From NCBI GenBank assembly GCA_036012755.1, contig DASCPX010000240.1, positions 1 through 64,000 on the forward strand: a stretch of 64,000 bases of DNA. The letters are read 5' to 3'. The notes under the pieces are model-generated. The model made no database searches. It was given only the letters and a program-made list of their open reading frames with translations, and had not been told where the DNA came from. The DNA comes from Myxococcota bacterium (lineage in GTDB: Bacteria; Myxococcota_A; UBA796; CAJQPC01). The number at the start of each line of letters is the position of its first letter. Positions within the stretch are counted from its first letter, which is position 1. Position numbers and translations under genes: made by a program. Below are positions 1 through 11,569 of the stretch, one piece after another.

Positions 1-1905
1 GCCACCGACTGGTTCCCCGACTCCGACTCCGACGGCTACGGAGACGAAACGGCCAGCGCCACCGCCGCCTGCGACGCCCCCTCCGGCTACGTCAGCGACG
101 ACACAGACTGCGACGACTCCGCCGCCGACGTGAACCCCGACGAGGACGAGTACTGCGACACCACCGATCACGACTGCGACGGGGACACAGAGGACGGCGC
201 CGTCGACGCGACCTCCTACTACACAGACGGTGACGGCGACGGCTACGGCGACGAGTCCACAGGGACCGACAGCTGCTCGGTCATGACCGGCTACACCACC
301 ACCGGCGGGGACTGCGACGACAGCGACTCCAGCGTGAGCCCCGCGGCCACCGAGTACTGCGACTCCATCGACAACGACTGCGACGACGAGACCGACGAGG
401 ACGACGCCGCGGACGCCAGCACGTACTACGCTGACACCGACGGCGACGGTGACGGCGACAGCTCCAGCACCACCACCGCCTGCAGCGTGCCCAGCGGCTA
501 CTCCAGCACCGACACCGACTGTGACGACACCGACTCCGCCACCTACGACGGCGCCAGCGAGACCTGCCACGACGGAACCGTCAACGACTGCAGCGGAACC
601 GAGGCGGCCGCTCTGGCGAGTTGCATCATCTCCTCCGAAGAGTCCGGCGACTACTCCGGCTATGTCTACGGATCCACCGGCGGTGACGAGCTCGCCACGG
701 CCATCGGGGTGGTGCCCGACTACAACGGTGATGGCAACTACGACTTCGTCTTCGGGGCGCCCTACGCCCAGGACGGCGCCAGCGACCAGGGCCTCGTCTT
801 CATCGTCTACGGCCCGCTCAGCGCCGACATCGCGAGCGACGACACCGACGTCCAGATCAAGGGCGAGGGCACCAACGACGAGTTCGGCCTGGCCGTCGCA
901 GTCGTGGACCTCGACAACGACGGGACCGAGGACCTCGTCGTCGGAAGCCCGGACGTCACGCCTGCGGGCGCGATCTACATCCTCAGCGGGCCGGTGACCT
1001 CGGACCACCAGGTCTCGAACGCGGAGCGGATTGGAGGCAGCACGAACGGCGACTGCGGCACGACAATCGCCGGCGCAGGCGATGTCGACGGGGACGGGCT
1101 CGACGACCTGCTCGTCGGATGCCCCAGGTACTCCTACAAGAAAGGCCGCGTCCACCTGGCTCTCGGGCCGGTCACGATCACGAAGCTGACCAACAGTCAC
1201 GCCTCCTGGGACGGTGGAACGAACGACGACGACGTCGGAGCCGCGGTCGCGCCCGTCGGCGACACCAACGGCGACGGCTACGACGACATCGGCTTCGGCG
1301 CGCCCGGCTACAGCTCCGAGGCCGGATTGGCCCTCGTGGTGCTCGGGCCGGTGAGCGGTGGGGGCAGCGGGCTCGCCCTGTCGGCCGCCGACGCCACCAT
1401 CTCCGGTAGCTCCGCGGCCGCATGCGGCAGCTCCGTTGGCTACGTGGGCGACATCGACGGCGATGGCTACGACGACGTCTTCTCGGGGTGCTCCGTGGCG
1501 GACCGACTGGATATCTACTACGGCCCCGTCACCGGCACGCTCGGCCCGGCCTCCGCCAACCACCAGCTCTCGTCCTCGTCGGGCGGCCAGGGCTTCGGCG
1601 ACAACGCCTCCATGGTCGGCGACGTCAACGCTGACGGCGTCGATGACTTCGCGGTGGGTGCGCCGCTCGCCGACACGGCGGCGGGGGCCGTCTACCTTTT
1701 CTGGGGGCCGCTGTCCGGCGGCAGCCCGACAGCCGATGCGTCGATCACCGGAGAGTCCTTGTCTGCCTTTGGATCTGGCATCTGGGGAGGCGAGGACTTC
1801 GACTCCGACGGCTACAGCGACCTGCTCGTCAGCGCTCCCACCGGGTCCTACCCCTCCTACTCCAACGCGGGCTACGCCTTCCTGATTCCTGGCGCGGACT
1901 ACTAA
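1..1905 (+). CDS. Large extracellular protein, 5'-partial: MopE-like Cys/Asp metal-binding repeats followed by FG-GAP (integrin-alpha-like) beta-propeller
   Basis: Frame is open from base 1. Repeated DxDGDGYG...DCDD...ExCDxxDNDCD units, then GDVDGDGxDDxxVGAP...GAVY FG-GAP repeats. Confidence 0.85.
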   Translation, partial: ATDWFPDSDSDGYGDETASATAACDAPSGYVSDDTDCDDSAADVNPDEDEYCDTTDHDCDGDTEDGAVDATSYYTDGDGDGYGDESTGTDSCSVMTGYTTTGGDCDDSDSSVSPAATEYCDSIDNDCDDETDEDDAADASTYYADTDGDGDGDSSSTTTACSVPSGYSSTDTDCDDTDSATYDGASETCHDGTVNDCSGTEAAALASCIISSEESGDYSGYVYGSTGGDELATAIGVVPDYNGDGNYDFVFGAPYAQDGASDQGLVFIVYGPLSADIASDDTDVQIKGEGTNDEFGLAVAVVDLDNDGTEDLVVGSPDVTPAGAIYILSGPVTSDHQVSNAERIGGSTNGDCGTTIAGAGDVDGDGLDDLLVGCPRYSYKKGRVHLALGPVTITKLTNSHASWDGGTNDDDVGAAVAPVGDTNGDGYDDIGFGAPGYSSEAGLALVVLGPVSGGGSGLALSAADATISGSSAAACGSSVGYVGDIDGDGYDDVFSGCSVADRLDIYYGPVTGTLGPASANHQLSSSSGGQGFGDNASMVGDVNADGVDDFAVGAPLADTAAGAVYLFWGPLSGGSPTADASITGESLSAFGSGIWGGEDFDSDGYSDLLVSAPTGSYPSYSNAGYAFLIPGADY

Positions 1906-1910
1906 GTCCC

Positions 1911-4117
1911 TTGGCTTGCTGGGGCCTCCTCGGACTCGCCCAGGCCCACTCCCCCCACGACGTCGCCACGACGCTGGCCACGGATGGAGTGGTGGTCGTC
2001 GCCTTCATGCCTCGAGTCCAGCGAACATGGGTCGTGGTCTTCGACGAGGGCCACCCCACCTTCCATCTGTTCCCCGAAGAGCGAGTGCTCTGCAGCGCCT
2101 TCGACGGCGACGAGTTCCTGGTGGGCACCGACGGAGGAGGTCTGTGGCGGAGCGTGGATCTGCTGACCTGGGAGCGCGTCGAGGGCGTTGGCGAAGAGGC
2201 CGTCATCACCGACATCGCCGTAGCAGAGGACCTCGTCCTGGCCGGTGGCGGGCGCCTGTTCCGGCGCATCGAGGGCGGAGACTGGGAGGAGTCTCGCCGT
2301 CTCGACGAGGACGACATCACCACGCTCGCCATCGAGGACGACCGCGCCTGCCTGGGCACGGACACCGGTCGCGTGCTGTGCTCCTCCGACGAGGGAGAGA
2401 CGTGGGAGGAGCTCGCAGACCTGGCCCTGACCGTGCTCGATCTGGACCTCGGGCCGGAGCTCTGGGTGGGAACAGACGGCGGGGGGCTCCTCCGCGAAGA
2501 CGACTGGTCCAAGAACATCAGCGACCACGAGGTCGTGAGCGCTCTAGCGGTCCAGGGAGACACGATCCTGGCGAGCTCGCCAGAGGCCGTCTGGTACAGC
2601 CCGGACTCGGGGGAGACGTGGATGGCGGGGACCGGGCTGGAGGCTCCGCAGGACGGACGGGGCAGCCCACCCAACGGGCTGCACCACCACGAGTTCGTCG
2701 TCCACGGCGAGACCTGGCTGCTTGCGTCCTGGGAGGGCGTGTTCCGAAGCGAGGACGGCCTGGACTGGGCAGAGAGCCACATGACCTCTCAGCAGACCTT
2801 CTGGGAGGTGGAGCTGGCCCGAGGCGAGGTCTGGCTCCCCGGCTACGGCGAAGGTGGGCTGTCCTCGATCGACCTCGAGACCGGCGAGGTCACCTGGCAC
2901 ACGGCCAACCGAGCGATGCACCCACGCGGCGTCGAGATCGGAGAGGACGTCATCCTGATCCCCTCTCGCGGACGGATCTGGCGCGACACGCCGTCGTGGG
3001 GCGAGTTCAGCGAGGACCTCGGCTTCGACTACGTAGAGGATGTCGCCCTCGGCCCGGGCGACCGGACCTTGATCGCGGGAGTCGCCAAGGACGGCGTCGG
3101 GCTCGCGCTCTGGTCGGAGGGCTTCCTTCCGCTCGAGGAGCAACCCCCACAGGTCTACGGCCTCGTGGTTGGCGAGGACTGGTTCGCGCCAGCGTGGGCG
3201 ACGAGGCGCTCATCGTCTCAGAGGGGGACTCTGCCTTCCAGACGGTGCAGGAGGGACCGGTTCGCTTCCAGCCCCTCGTCGTCGACGGCGACTCGCTCTG
3301 GGCGGGCAGCGCCGATGGGCTCTTCGCAGGAGACATCTACACGGGGCTCGAGGTGGTAGACCACGCCGGTTTCGCAGTGGCCGCCGTGGAGCCCCTCGAC
3401 GACGGACGCCTGCTCGCGGCGCTCGACGAAGGCCTGTTCGTGGACGGTTCGCTGCTCGCCACCTTCGACAGCACGGCGGTCGACATGGCCGAGGGCGAAG
3501 GCTGGCTCGCGGTGGCGACCCCGACCGGCGCCTGGGTCTCCGACGATGCAGGTGAGAGCTGGCTCGACGCGTCGAGGAGAGTCCGCGTCAGCGTCATCTC
3601 ATGGGCGATCGACGATGAATGGAGGACCTGGTCCGACACCCCCGGCCACTTCGAGACAGCGTACGAAGCCCTGGATCGGGGCAGCACAGCCTCGCTCGCC
3701 TTCGAAGGCTCCGCGGTCGCCTTGCGCGCCCGGCAGGGCGATCAGGCTGGAAAGGCCGAGGTCCGCGTCGACGGCGGGGAGTGGAAGCTCGTCGACCTCG
3801 CCGGCCCAGCTGGCTACGGCCAGGTCTGGTGCGCTGATGTCGCGCCAGGCGAGCACTTGTTCGAGGTCCGCGCGAACACGCTCCCGGTGCTGCTGGAGGC
3901 CGTCGAGATCACGACGAACCCGCGCTATGGCCCGGACATGGTCCTGGCCGAGGCTCTGGCGGCTCCTCTCTGCGTCGAGGACGAGCTCGACGACGAGCGG
4001 CGCTGCGGCTGCGACTCGCGGCCATCTCCAGCGCTCCTGCTGGCAGCCGCTTGCGGCATCGCGGTCCTCAGTCGCCGAGAGCGTCGTGATCTCCGAAGCG
4101 CTCCCGCGCGGCCCTGA
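1911..4117 (+). pseudogene. Secreted BNR/beta-propeller protein with C-terminal MYXO-CTERM-like anchor, split by one frameshift near 3190 (real lesion or sequencing error)
   Basis: ORF 1911..3359 is protein-like up to GEDWFA; the sensible reading continues in the 1916..4117 frame (SVGDEALIV...). SxDxGETW BNR motifs occur in both halves. C-terminus RCGCDSRPSPALLLAAACGIAVLSRRERR. Confidence 0.7.
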
Positions 4118-4571
4118 GCCGCTGGGCCGCCTGCTCGCCCAGCCCGGCTTCACGCAGCCGCTCGACCGCCAGGGCCTCCGCCTCTGGCGTGGTCGGGCGC
4201 TCGGCCAGCAACCTCGCGCGTAGGAGTCGGGCCTCCGTCCGTCGCTTGCCGGTGGCCTCGAGGGCTTCGAGAGCCGCGATCGCCAGCTGGCCGAGGCCGC
4301 GCTTGTCCGCCTCCTCCGCCACGACCATCAAGCCGAAGGGACTGCCCCAGACGAGCGCCAGGGCCTCCGCGGCGAGGGCCTTCCGCTCCTCGCCCGCCGC
4401 ACCAGCAGCGGCGAGGACCCGCTTCCTCGCCCGCTTCGTGCGGAAGTTCCGGTAGTAGAAGGGGAGGATGCAGACCGCGACACACACAGCCGCGAGCGGA
4501 GCCATCCAGGGCTCCAGCTCCAGGCCCAGCCCGGAGAACAACCGGTCGAGCGTGTCGGTGAGGTAGCGCAT
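4068..4571 (-). CDS. Hypothetical membrane-anchored helical (TPR-like) protein
   Basis: One TM segment plus an Ala/Leu/Arg-rich helical tail; 4 bp downstream of modC. Confidence 0.6.
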   Translation of the reverse strand: MRYLTDTLDRLFSGLGLELEPWMAPLAAVCVAVCILPFYYRNFRTKRARKRVLAAAGAAGEERKALAAEALALVWGSPFGLMVVAEEADKRGLGQLAIAALEALEATGKRRTEARLLRARLLAERPTTPEAEALAVERLREAGLGEQAAQRLRAARERFGDHDALGD

Positions 4572-4575
4572 CCGG

Positions 4576-5562
4576 CTACACCCAGCGGATGGCCGTGGCC
4601 TTGACGATGGCGTGAACCGGGCACCCGGGCTCGAGCCCGAGATCCTCGACAGCCCCCCGCGTCAGCGACGCCCGCAGGGTCGCGCCGACGTCGACCTCGA
4701 CGAGCACCCGTCCGTGCACCTCCACGAGGCGACGCACGGAGCCGGCCAGTACGTTCCGCGCCGACAGCCGCCCGGGGGGATCCGCCGACAGGATGACGTC
4801 CTCTGGCCGGATCGCGAGGGCCCTTCCCCTGGCGGGCCCCGACACCCTCAAGGTGGCGCTGCCGATCCCTACGCTGCAGACAGGGCCGTCCTCTACCACC
4901 TCGACGTGGAGCAGGTTGTCCAGCCCGAGGTCATCCGCGAGCCTGAAGACGACCGGGTCGGCGCAGAGCTCGTGGAAGTCACCCAGACCGACCACCTTGC
5001 CCTGATCGAGCACCAGGACCTCGTCAGAGAGCCTGAGCACCTCTGTGACGGAGTGGCTGACGACCAGGTGGGGCAGCCCCAGGTGCTCCAAGAGCGCCAC
5101 GACCCGGGCCCGACGGTCGCCGTCGAGACCGACGAGCGGCTCGTCGAGGAGCAGCCACTCGGGCTTCGACGCCAGGGCCCGAGCGAGGGCCACCCGGCGC
5201 TGTTCGCCGCCGGAGAGCCCCGCCACGCCGCGGTCGAGCAGGGCCGACAGCTCGAGGGCGTCGATGACGTCGTCCGAGAGGTGGCCCGAGAAGCCGATGT
5301 TGCCGCGCACGCTGAGGTGCGGGAACAGCCGCGGCTCCTGGAAGACGACGCCGATGCGGCGGCGCCAGGCTGGCACGAAGGGTGTGTTCAGCTCGCGCCC
5401 GCCGAGGGCGATCCGCCCGCTCGCGCGAACCAGGCCGGCGATGCAGTTCAGCAGCGTGGTCTTGCCGGCGCCGCTCGGACCGAAGACGGCCAGCCTCCGG
5501 GCGGAGCTCCGGGCCTGGACCTCCAGCTCCGCGATCGGGCAGCGCAGGTCGAGCTCGATCAA
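4576..5562 (-). CDS. modC: Molybdate ABC transporter ATP-binding protein with C-terminal TOBE domain
   Basis: Walker A GPSGAGKT, VFQEPRLFPHLSV, LSGGE signature, LLLDEP, SARNVL...KATAI TOBE tail. Confidence 0.9.
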   Translation of the reverse strand: MIELDLRCPIAELEVQARSSARRLAVFGPSGAGKTTLLNCIAGLVRASGRIALGGRELNTPFVPAWRRRIGVVFQEPRLFPHLSVRGNIGFSGHLSDDVIDALELSALLDRGVAGLSGGEQRRVALARALASKPEWLLLDEPLVGLDGDRRARVVALLEHLGLPHLVVSHSVTEVLRLSDEVLVLDQGKVVGLGDFHELCADPVVFRLADDLGLDNLLHVEVVEDGPVCSVGIGSATLRVSGPARGRALAIRPEDVILSADPPGRLSARNVLAGSVRRLVEVHGRVLVEVDVGATLRASLTRGAVEDLGLEPGCPVHAIVKATAIRWV

Positions 5563-6215
5563 GCCATCGTCCTCTGGCGCGCTCGTCGAACGAGGGTCTC
5601 GCCGATGATCACGGCCCCGACGCTACAGACCACGGACAGCGCGACCAGACGCAGCGCGGCGTCCTCGCCGCCGGGACTCTGGATGGCCGACCAGATGGCG
5701 AGGGTGAGGGTGCGGGTCTCGCCCTCGATGTTCCCCGCGAACGTGATCGTGGCGCCGAACTCCCCAAGGGCCCTGGCGAAACAGAGCAGCGCGCCCGCGA
5801 CCAGCCCGGGAGCGGCCAGCGGCAAGGTCACGCGCGCAAAGGCGGACAGGGGGCTCGCGCCGAGACTTCGAGCCGCCAGCTCGAGGCGAGGATCGACGGC
5901 CTCGAAGGCGACGCGCAGGGTGCGCACGAGGAGGGGGAAGCCCATGACCCCAGCGGCCACGCCCGCTCCCGTCGTGGTGAAGGCGATCGGCAGCTCGAGG
6001 AGCCCGTCGCGCCCGAACAGGGTCAGGAGCGCATAGCCCGTGACGATGGGCGGCAGGACCAGGGGCAGCACGACCAGCGCTTCGACGAGGGCCTTGCCGC
6101 GAAACTCCTGGCGCGCGAGGAACCAGGCCAGCGGGACTCCTGGAAGCGCCGCGCCGAGGGAGCCCAGGGCGGCGACCTCGAGAGACAGGAGGAGGGCCCC
6201 GAGCTCCGGGCTCAT
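5559..6215 (-). CDS. modB: Molybdate ABC transporter permease
   Basis: LPLVLPPIVTGY and FARALGEFGATITFAGNIEGETRTL motifs. Start ATG at 6215 overlaps the upstream stop (ATGA). Confidence 0.92.
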   Translation of the reverse strand: MSPELGALLLSLEVAALGSLGAALPGVPLAWFLARQEFRGKALVEALVVLPLVLPPIVTGYALLTLFGRDGLLELPIAFTTTGAGVAAGVMGFPLLVRTLRVAFEAVDPRLELAARSLGASPLSAFARVTLPLAAPGLVAGALLCFARALGEFGATITFAGNIEGETRTLTLAIWSAIQSPGGEDAALRLVALSVVCSVGAVIIGETLVRRARQRTMA

Positions 6216-7546
6216 CCGGCCTGGCGTTCGCTGGCGAGACGTCTGGCGATGAGGAAGGCGACCTCGAGACTCTGGGCGTAGTTCAGCCTCGGGTCGCAGA
6301 AGGTCTCGTAGGCTCGGGAGAGGTCCTCTGGTGCGAGCCCTTGTGAGCCGCCGATGCACTCGGTGACGTCTTCCCCCGTGAGCTCGAAGTGCACCCCGCC
6401 GAGGTGGCTGCCCTGCTCACGGTGCACATCGAAGGCCCCTCGAAGCTCGGCGAGGATGGCGTCGAAGGCGCGGGTCTTGTGTCCCGTCGCGGCCGTGTGG
6501 GTGTTCCCGTGCATCGGGTCGCAGGACCAGGTCACGGTGCGCCCGCTGGCGGCCACCGCGGCGACATGAGGTGGGAGGAGCTCCCGGATCCGCTCGGCGC
6601 CGAAGCGCGTGATGAGCGTGATGCGGCCAGGCCGATCCGTGGGGTTGAGCCTGGCGATGAGCTCGACGAGCTCGTCGCTGTCCATGCTCGGGCCGACCTT
6701 GATCCCGATGGGGTTCTCGATGCCGCGGAAGTACTCGACGTGGGCCTCGTCGAGCGCCCGGGTGCGATCTCCGATCCAGAGGAAGTGGGCGCCGAGGTTG
6801 TACCAGCGGCCCTCGATGCGACGGGTGAGGGCCTCCTCATAGGGGAGGAGCAGGCCCTCGTGAGAGGTGAAGAAGCGCACGGTTCCGAGGGCGTCGCTGG
6901 AGCGAGCGCCGATGGCGTCCATGAAGTCGACCGCCTCCCGGATGCGGGCGAGCATGCCCTCGTACTGGGCGCGGCGCTCGGGGTTCTGGACGAAGCCGAG
7001 GTCCCAGTGGTGGGGCGCGTGCAGGTCCGCGAAGCCGCCGTCGAGCAGAGCGCGCAGGTGGTTGAGCGTCGAGGCGCTGTGGAAGTACACGCGCAGCAGG
7101 CGCTCGGGGTCGGGCTCGCGCTCGGAGGGGTCGTGGCCGTTGATGTGATCCCCGCGGTAGCTGGCCACCTCTCGGCCGGCGACGATCTCGGTCGGCTTGC
7201 TGCGGGGCTTCGCGAACTGGCCGGCCATCCGACCGACACGAACGACGGGGATCTGGGCACCCCAGGTCAACACCACGCTCATCTGGAGCAGGATGCGCAG
7301 CTTGTTGGCGATGAACCGAGCGTTGAGGTCGATGAAGCGCTCCGCGCAGTCGCCGCCCTGGAGCAGGAACCGGCCTCCCTCGCCAGCCTCTGCGAGCTTC
7401 GAGGTGAGGAGGTTGATCTCCCCGCGGTGGACCAGCCCGGGGTAGGTGGCCAGAGTCGCCTCGGCCGCCTGCATGGCGGCCTCATCGGCGTAGTCCGGCT
7501 GCTGGCGAATGGGCAGGGCTCGCCAGGAACGGGGGGTCCAGCTCAT
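6212..7546 (-). CDS. Class II DAHP synthase (3-deoxy-7-phosphoheptulonate synthase)
   Basis: LLQGGDCAE, RMAGQFAKPRS, WIGDRTR, CDPMHGNT, CDPRLN; likely start MSWTPRSW. Confidence 0.95.
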   Translation of the reverse strand: MSWTPRSWRALPIRQQPDYADEAAMQAAEATLATYPGLVHRGEINLLTSKLAEAGEGGRFLLQGGDCAERFIDLNARFIANKLRILLQMSVVLTWGAQIPVVRVGRMAGQFAKPRSKPTEIVAGREVASYRGDHINGHDPSEREPDPERLLRVYFHSASTLNHLRALLDGGFADLHAPHHWDLGFVQNPERRAQYEGMLARIREAVDFMDAIGARSSDALGTVRFFTSHEGLLLPYEEALTRRIEGRWYNLGAHFLWIGDRTRALDEAHVEYFRGIENPIGIKVGPSMDSDELVELIARLNPTDRPGRITLITRFGAERIRELLPPHVAAVAASGRTVTWSCDPMHGNTHTAATGHKTRAFDAILAELRGAFDVHREQGSHLGGVHFELTGEDVTECIGGSQGLAPEDLSRAYETFCDPRLNYAQSLEVAFLIARRLASERQAG

Positions 7547-7608
7547 GGACGCTGGGCTAACCCGGCCGGGCGCGGTAGGTTGCGCCTTCGCCCGAGGAAA
7601 AGCCCGGA

Positions 7609-9705
7609 ATGACGACCGCACCGCAGAGGAAGATCCTCGGCCACCCGCCCGGCCTCTTCACGCTGTTCTTCGCCGAGATGTGGGAGCGCTTCTCCTACTA
7701 CGGCATGCGCGCGCTCTTGCTCTACTACATGATCAAGGGCTTCCTCGGCTACCACGACAACGAGGCCTACGCCGTCTACGGCGCCTACACCGGCCTGGTC
7801 TACGCGACCCCCTTCATCGGCGGCATCCTCGCCGACAAGCTGCTCGGCGCGAAGCGCGCCGTGGTCATCGGCGGTGCGCTGATGGCAGCCGGTCACCTGC
7901 TCATGGGCATCGAGCAGCAGCACGCCTTCTTCATCGCCCTGGCCTTGCTCATCGTCGGAAACGGCTTCTTCAAGCCGAACATCTCGACCATCGTCGGCTC
8001 CCTCTACCCAGATGGCGCCCCCGAGCGGGACGGCGGCTTCACGCTCTTCTACATGGGCATCAACCTCGGCGCGGCGATGAGCCCGCTGTTGTGCGGCTTC
8101 ATCGGCGAGACCTTCGGCTGGCACTACGGCTTCGGCCTGGCGACCATCGGCATGCTCATCGGCCTGGCGGTCTTCGTGGCACCGACGCGGCTGGCCCAGG
8201 GCATGGTCGGCGGTGGCGCGCTTCTCTCGGCAGTCACGCTCTTCCTCCTGCCCCAGGATCTCTACGTCTTCTCGGTGATGGCCTTCGTCGGCACGGCCCT
8301 GCTCATCGCCGCCGGTGTCTCACTCACGGCGATGAACCTCGGCGGGCTGCCCACCAACGTGGGCCTGCCGCCGGATCCCGAGCAGCTGACCGCGAAGTCC
8401 CCCATCGGCCTGCGCAAGGACCTGACCGTCTACCTCGGCATCCTCGTCGCCGTCCCGATCCTGGCCCTGCTGGTGAGCGGAAACCGCGGGATCCGCTTCA
8501 TCCCGGAGGAGACCATCGAAGGCATCACGACCGCGCTGGGCGCCCTGGGCTCCGTCGTCGGCACCTTCCTCAACGAGATCGCGACCCCCGCTGGACTGGT
8601 GCTCACGGGCATCGGCGTGGTGGCGCTCATCGTGATGGTCAAGGCCGCCCTCGGCGCCACCAAGGTCGAGCGCGAGCGCATGTGGGTCGTGCTCATCCTG
8701 ATGTTCTTCAGCATGCTCTTCTGGAGCTTCTTCGAGCAGGCGGGAAGCTCGGTCAGCAACTTCACCGACCGCAACGTCGAGCGGGTCTTCCCCGAGCGAC
8801 TCGTCACCGCGGACGAGGTCGGCTCCGAGATCCTCTTCGAGCCCACCCAGTCCCAGCTCGGCTACGCCTTCGACGGCGAGGTGCTGATCAACGGCGAGGC
8901 CCGAGCCTGGCCAGGTGGCACTTTCCTGCTCGGGCACCTCGATGGCTTCCGCGACGAGGCCAGGGACGACGACGAGTCCGGCAGCCTCATGACCGTCCTG
9001 CAGAAGTCCTTCCTCGTCGGGGGTCTCTTCAGCGAGGTCGAGGAGACCACGGTCCCTGTCCAGCTGCGCTGGCGCGTCGACGACGAGCACGTCGGCATGG
9101 GCGTCCAGGGCAGCGAGGTCCCTGCCTCGACCTTCCAGGCGGCCAACCCGATCTTCATCCTCATCTTCGCCCCCATCTTCACCATCATCTGGACCTTCAC
9201 AGGGCGCTGGGGCTTCGAGCCCTCGACCCCCGTGAAGTTCGGCCTGGGCATGATCCAGCTCGGCGCCGGCTTCATCGCCCTCTGGTACGGGGCGACGCTC
9301 TTCGACGAGCGAGGCATGGTCGGACTGCCCTGGCTGCTGCTGGGCTACCTGCTCCACACCACCGGTGAGCTCTGCCTGAGCCCGGTCGGCCTGTCGATGG
9401 TCACCAAGCTGTCGATCAAGAAGATCGTCAGCACCGTCATGGGAGCCTGGTTCCTCGCGACGGCATTCTCCGCCTACCTCGCCGGCATCATCGCGACCTT
9501 CACCGGCGTCTCCCACGGCGGCGGAGATGGCGGCGTCCCCGCCCCCATCGAGACCGTGGGCATCTACAGCGCCGTCTTCGTGAAGATCGGGATCTGCGCG
9601 ATCGTGTCCGGCCTGGTGCTGTTCGCCCTGTCCCCACTCCTCAAGAAGTGGATGCACACCGACGTCGTGGGTGGGGAAAGCGACCTGGCGCAGAAGGAGG
9701 GATAG
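7609..9705 (+). CDS. Proton-dependent oligopeptide (POT/PTR2) MFS transporter with long inserted loop
   Basis: EMWERFSYYG (ExxERFxYY), GNGFFKPNI, FYMGINLG, GELCLSPVGLS. Confidence 0.93.
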   Translation: MTTAPQRKILGHPPGLFTLFFAEMWERFSYYGMRALLLYYMIKGFLGYHDNEAYAVYGAYTGLVYATPFIGGILADKLLGAKRAVVIGGALMAAGHLLMGIEQQHAFFIALALLIVGNGFFKPNISTIVGSLYPDGAPERDGGFTLFYMGINLGAAMSPLLCGFIGETFGWHYGFGLATIGMLIGLAVFVAPTRLAQGMVGGGALLSAVTLFLLPQDLYVFSVMAFVGTALLIAAGVSLTAMNLGGLPTNVGLPPDPEQLTAKSPIGLRKDLTVYLGILVAVPILALLVSGNRGIRFIPEETIEGITTALGALGSVVGTFLNEIATPAGLVLTGIGVVALIVMVKAALGATKVERERMWVVLILMFFSMLFWSFFEQAGSSVSNFTDRNVERVFPERLVTADEVGSEILFEPTQSQLGYAFDGEVLINGEARAWPGGTFLLGHLDGFRDEARDDDESGSLMTVLQKSFLVGGLFSEVEETTVPVQLRWRVDDEHVGMGVQGSEVPASTFQAANPIFILIFAPIFTIIWTFTGRWGFEPSTPVKFGLGMIQLGAGFIALWYGATLFDERGMVGLPWLLLGYLLHTTGELCLSPVGLSMVTKLSIKKIVSTVMGAWFLATAFSAYLAGIIATFTGVSHGGGDGGVPAPIETVGIYSAVFVKIGICAIVSGLVLFALSPLLKKWMHTDVVGGESDLAQKEG

Positions 9706-9720
9706 CCCCCCGGCGGCCCC

Positions 9721-10428
9721 CTACTCGGGCGGAGCCTCGACCTCTGGGGCGTCCACTGGGGCGTCCACTGGGCCGTCCACTGGACCGTCCACTGGGCCGT
9801 CTTCGGGCACCTCGCCCGGAGTCGCCTCCCCGCCCTCCGGCGCCTCGCCTCCCATACCGTCGGGCCCAGCGTCGAGGGGCGGAACACCCGCGCCCGGAGG
9901 CGGCCCCGAGATGACCTCGGAGCAGTCGAGGACCACCCCGTCGATGTCGGCGTCCAGAACGAGCTCCGTGCCCATCTCGGCGAAGAAGATCGCGGCGAGG
10001 GGTATGCCGTCTTCGTCAGCGTCGTCGAAACCCATGACGACGACGGACTCGCCTCGGGGTCCCTTCATGCTCCAAGCGCCTGGCGCCGTCGTGATCCCGG
10101 TCAGGGGCTGAGGGGCATCCTCTGGCGGAGGCCCGCCGTCAGACGGTGGAGGGGGGAACAGCAGGACGCGAAAGGGACCTTCGTTGTCGTCGCAGACGAG
10201 CGTCCCCGAGACGGTCACGCCCCTGGCCAGCTCCTCCTGGGTCTGGACGAGCTCTCCGTTGAAGCCTGGCGGCGCACCAGCGCCTCCGTCCGGCGGCGGT
10301 TCACCGCTCAGCCCCTCCGGCTGCGGCGGGGGCGCGGCAGGCTCTGTGCCCGGCGCGATGTCGCCGGCGCCCTCCGGTGTTGCTCCAGGGGGTTCCGGAC
10401 ACCCAAGCATCAGGCCGAGCAAGAGCAT
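9721..10428 (-). CDS. Pro/Gly/Asp-rich hypothetical lipoprotein
   Basis: MLLLGLMLGC lipobox-like start and low-complexity termini. Confidence 0.65.
   Translation of the reverse strand: MLLLGLMLGCPEPPGATPEGAGDIAPGTEPAAPPPQPEGLSGEPPPDGGAGAPPGFNGELVQTQEELARGVTVSGTLVCDDNEGPFRVLLFPPPPSDGGPPPEDAPQPLTGITTAPGAWSMKGPRGESVVVMGFDDADEDGIPLAAIFFAEMGTELVLDADIDGVVLDCSEVISGPPPGAGVPPLDAGPDGMGGEAPEGGEATPGEVPEDGPVDGPVDGPVDAPVDAPEVEAPPE
9745..9801. repeat. 12-bp coding tandem repeat (TGGGGCGTCCAC-like, about 4.7 copies) encoding GPVD/APVD
   Basis: Units read directly at 9745, 9757, 9769, 9781 and 9793. Confidence 0.85.
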
Positions 10429-10495
10429 TCCTCTACTCCAACGAAGATCGCCGAGAGTCTACCGCGACCTCGCAACGAGTGTTTCAACGCGGGCT

Positions 10496-11560
<1,065 letters not shown>

Positions 11561-11569
11561 GGTGACCTC

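Noticed and set aside
9745..9801. CRISPR-like array
   Set aside because: 12-bp in-frame coding repeats with no spacers and no cas genes.
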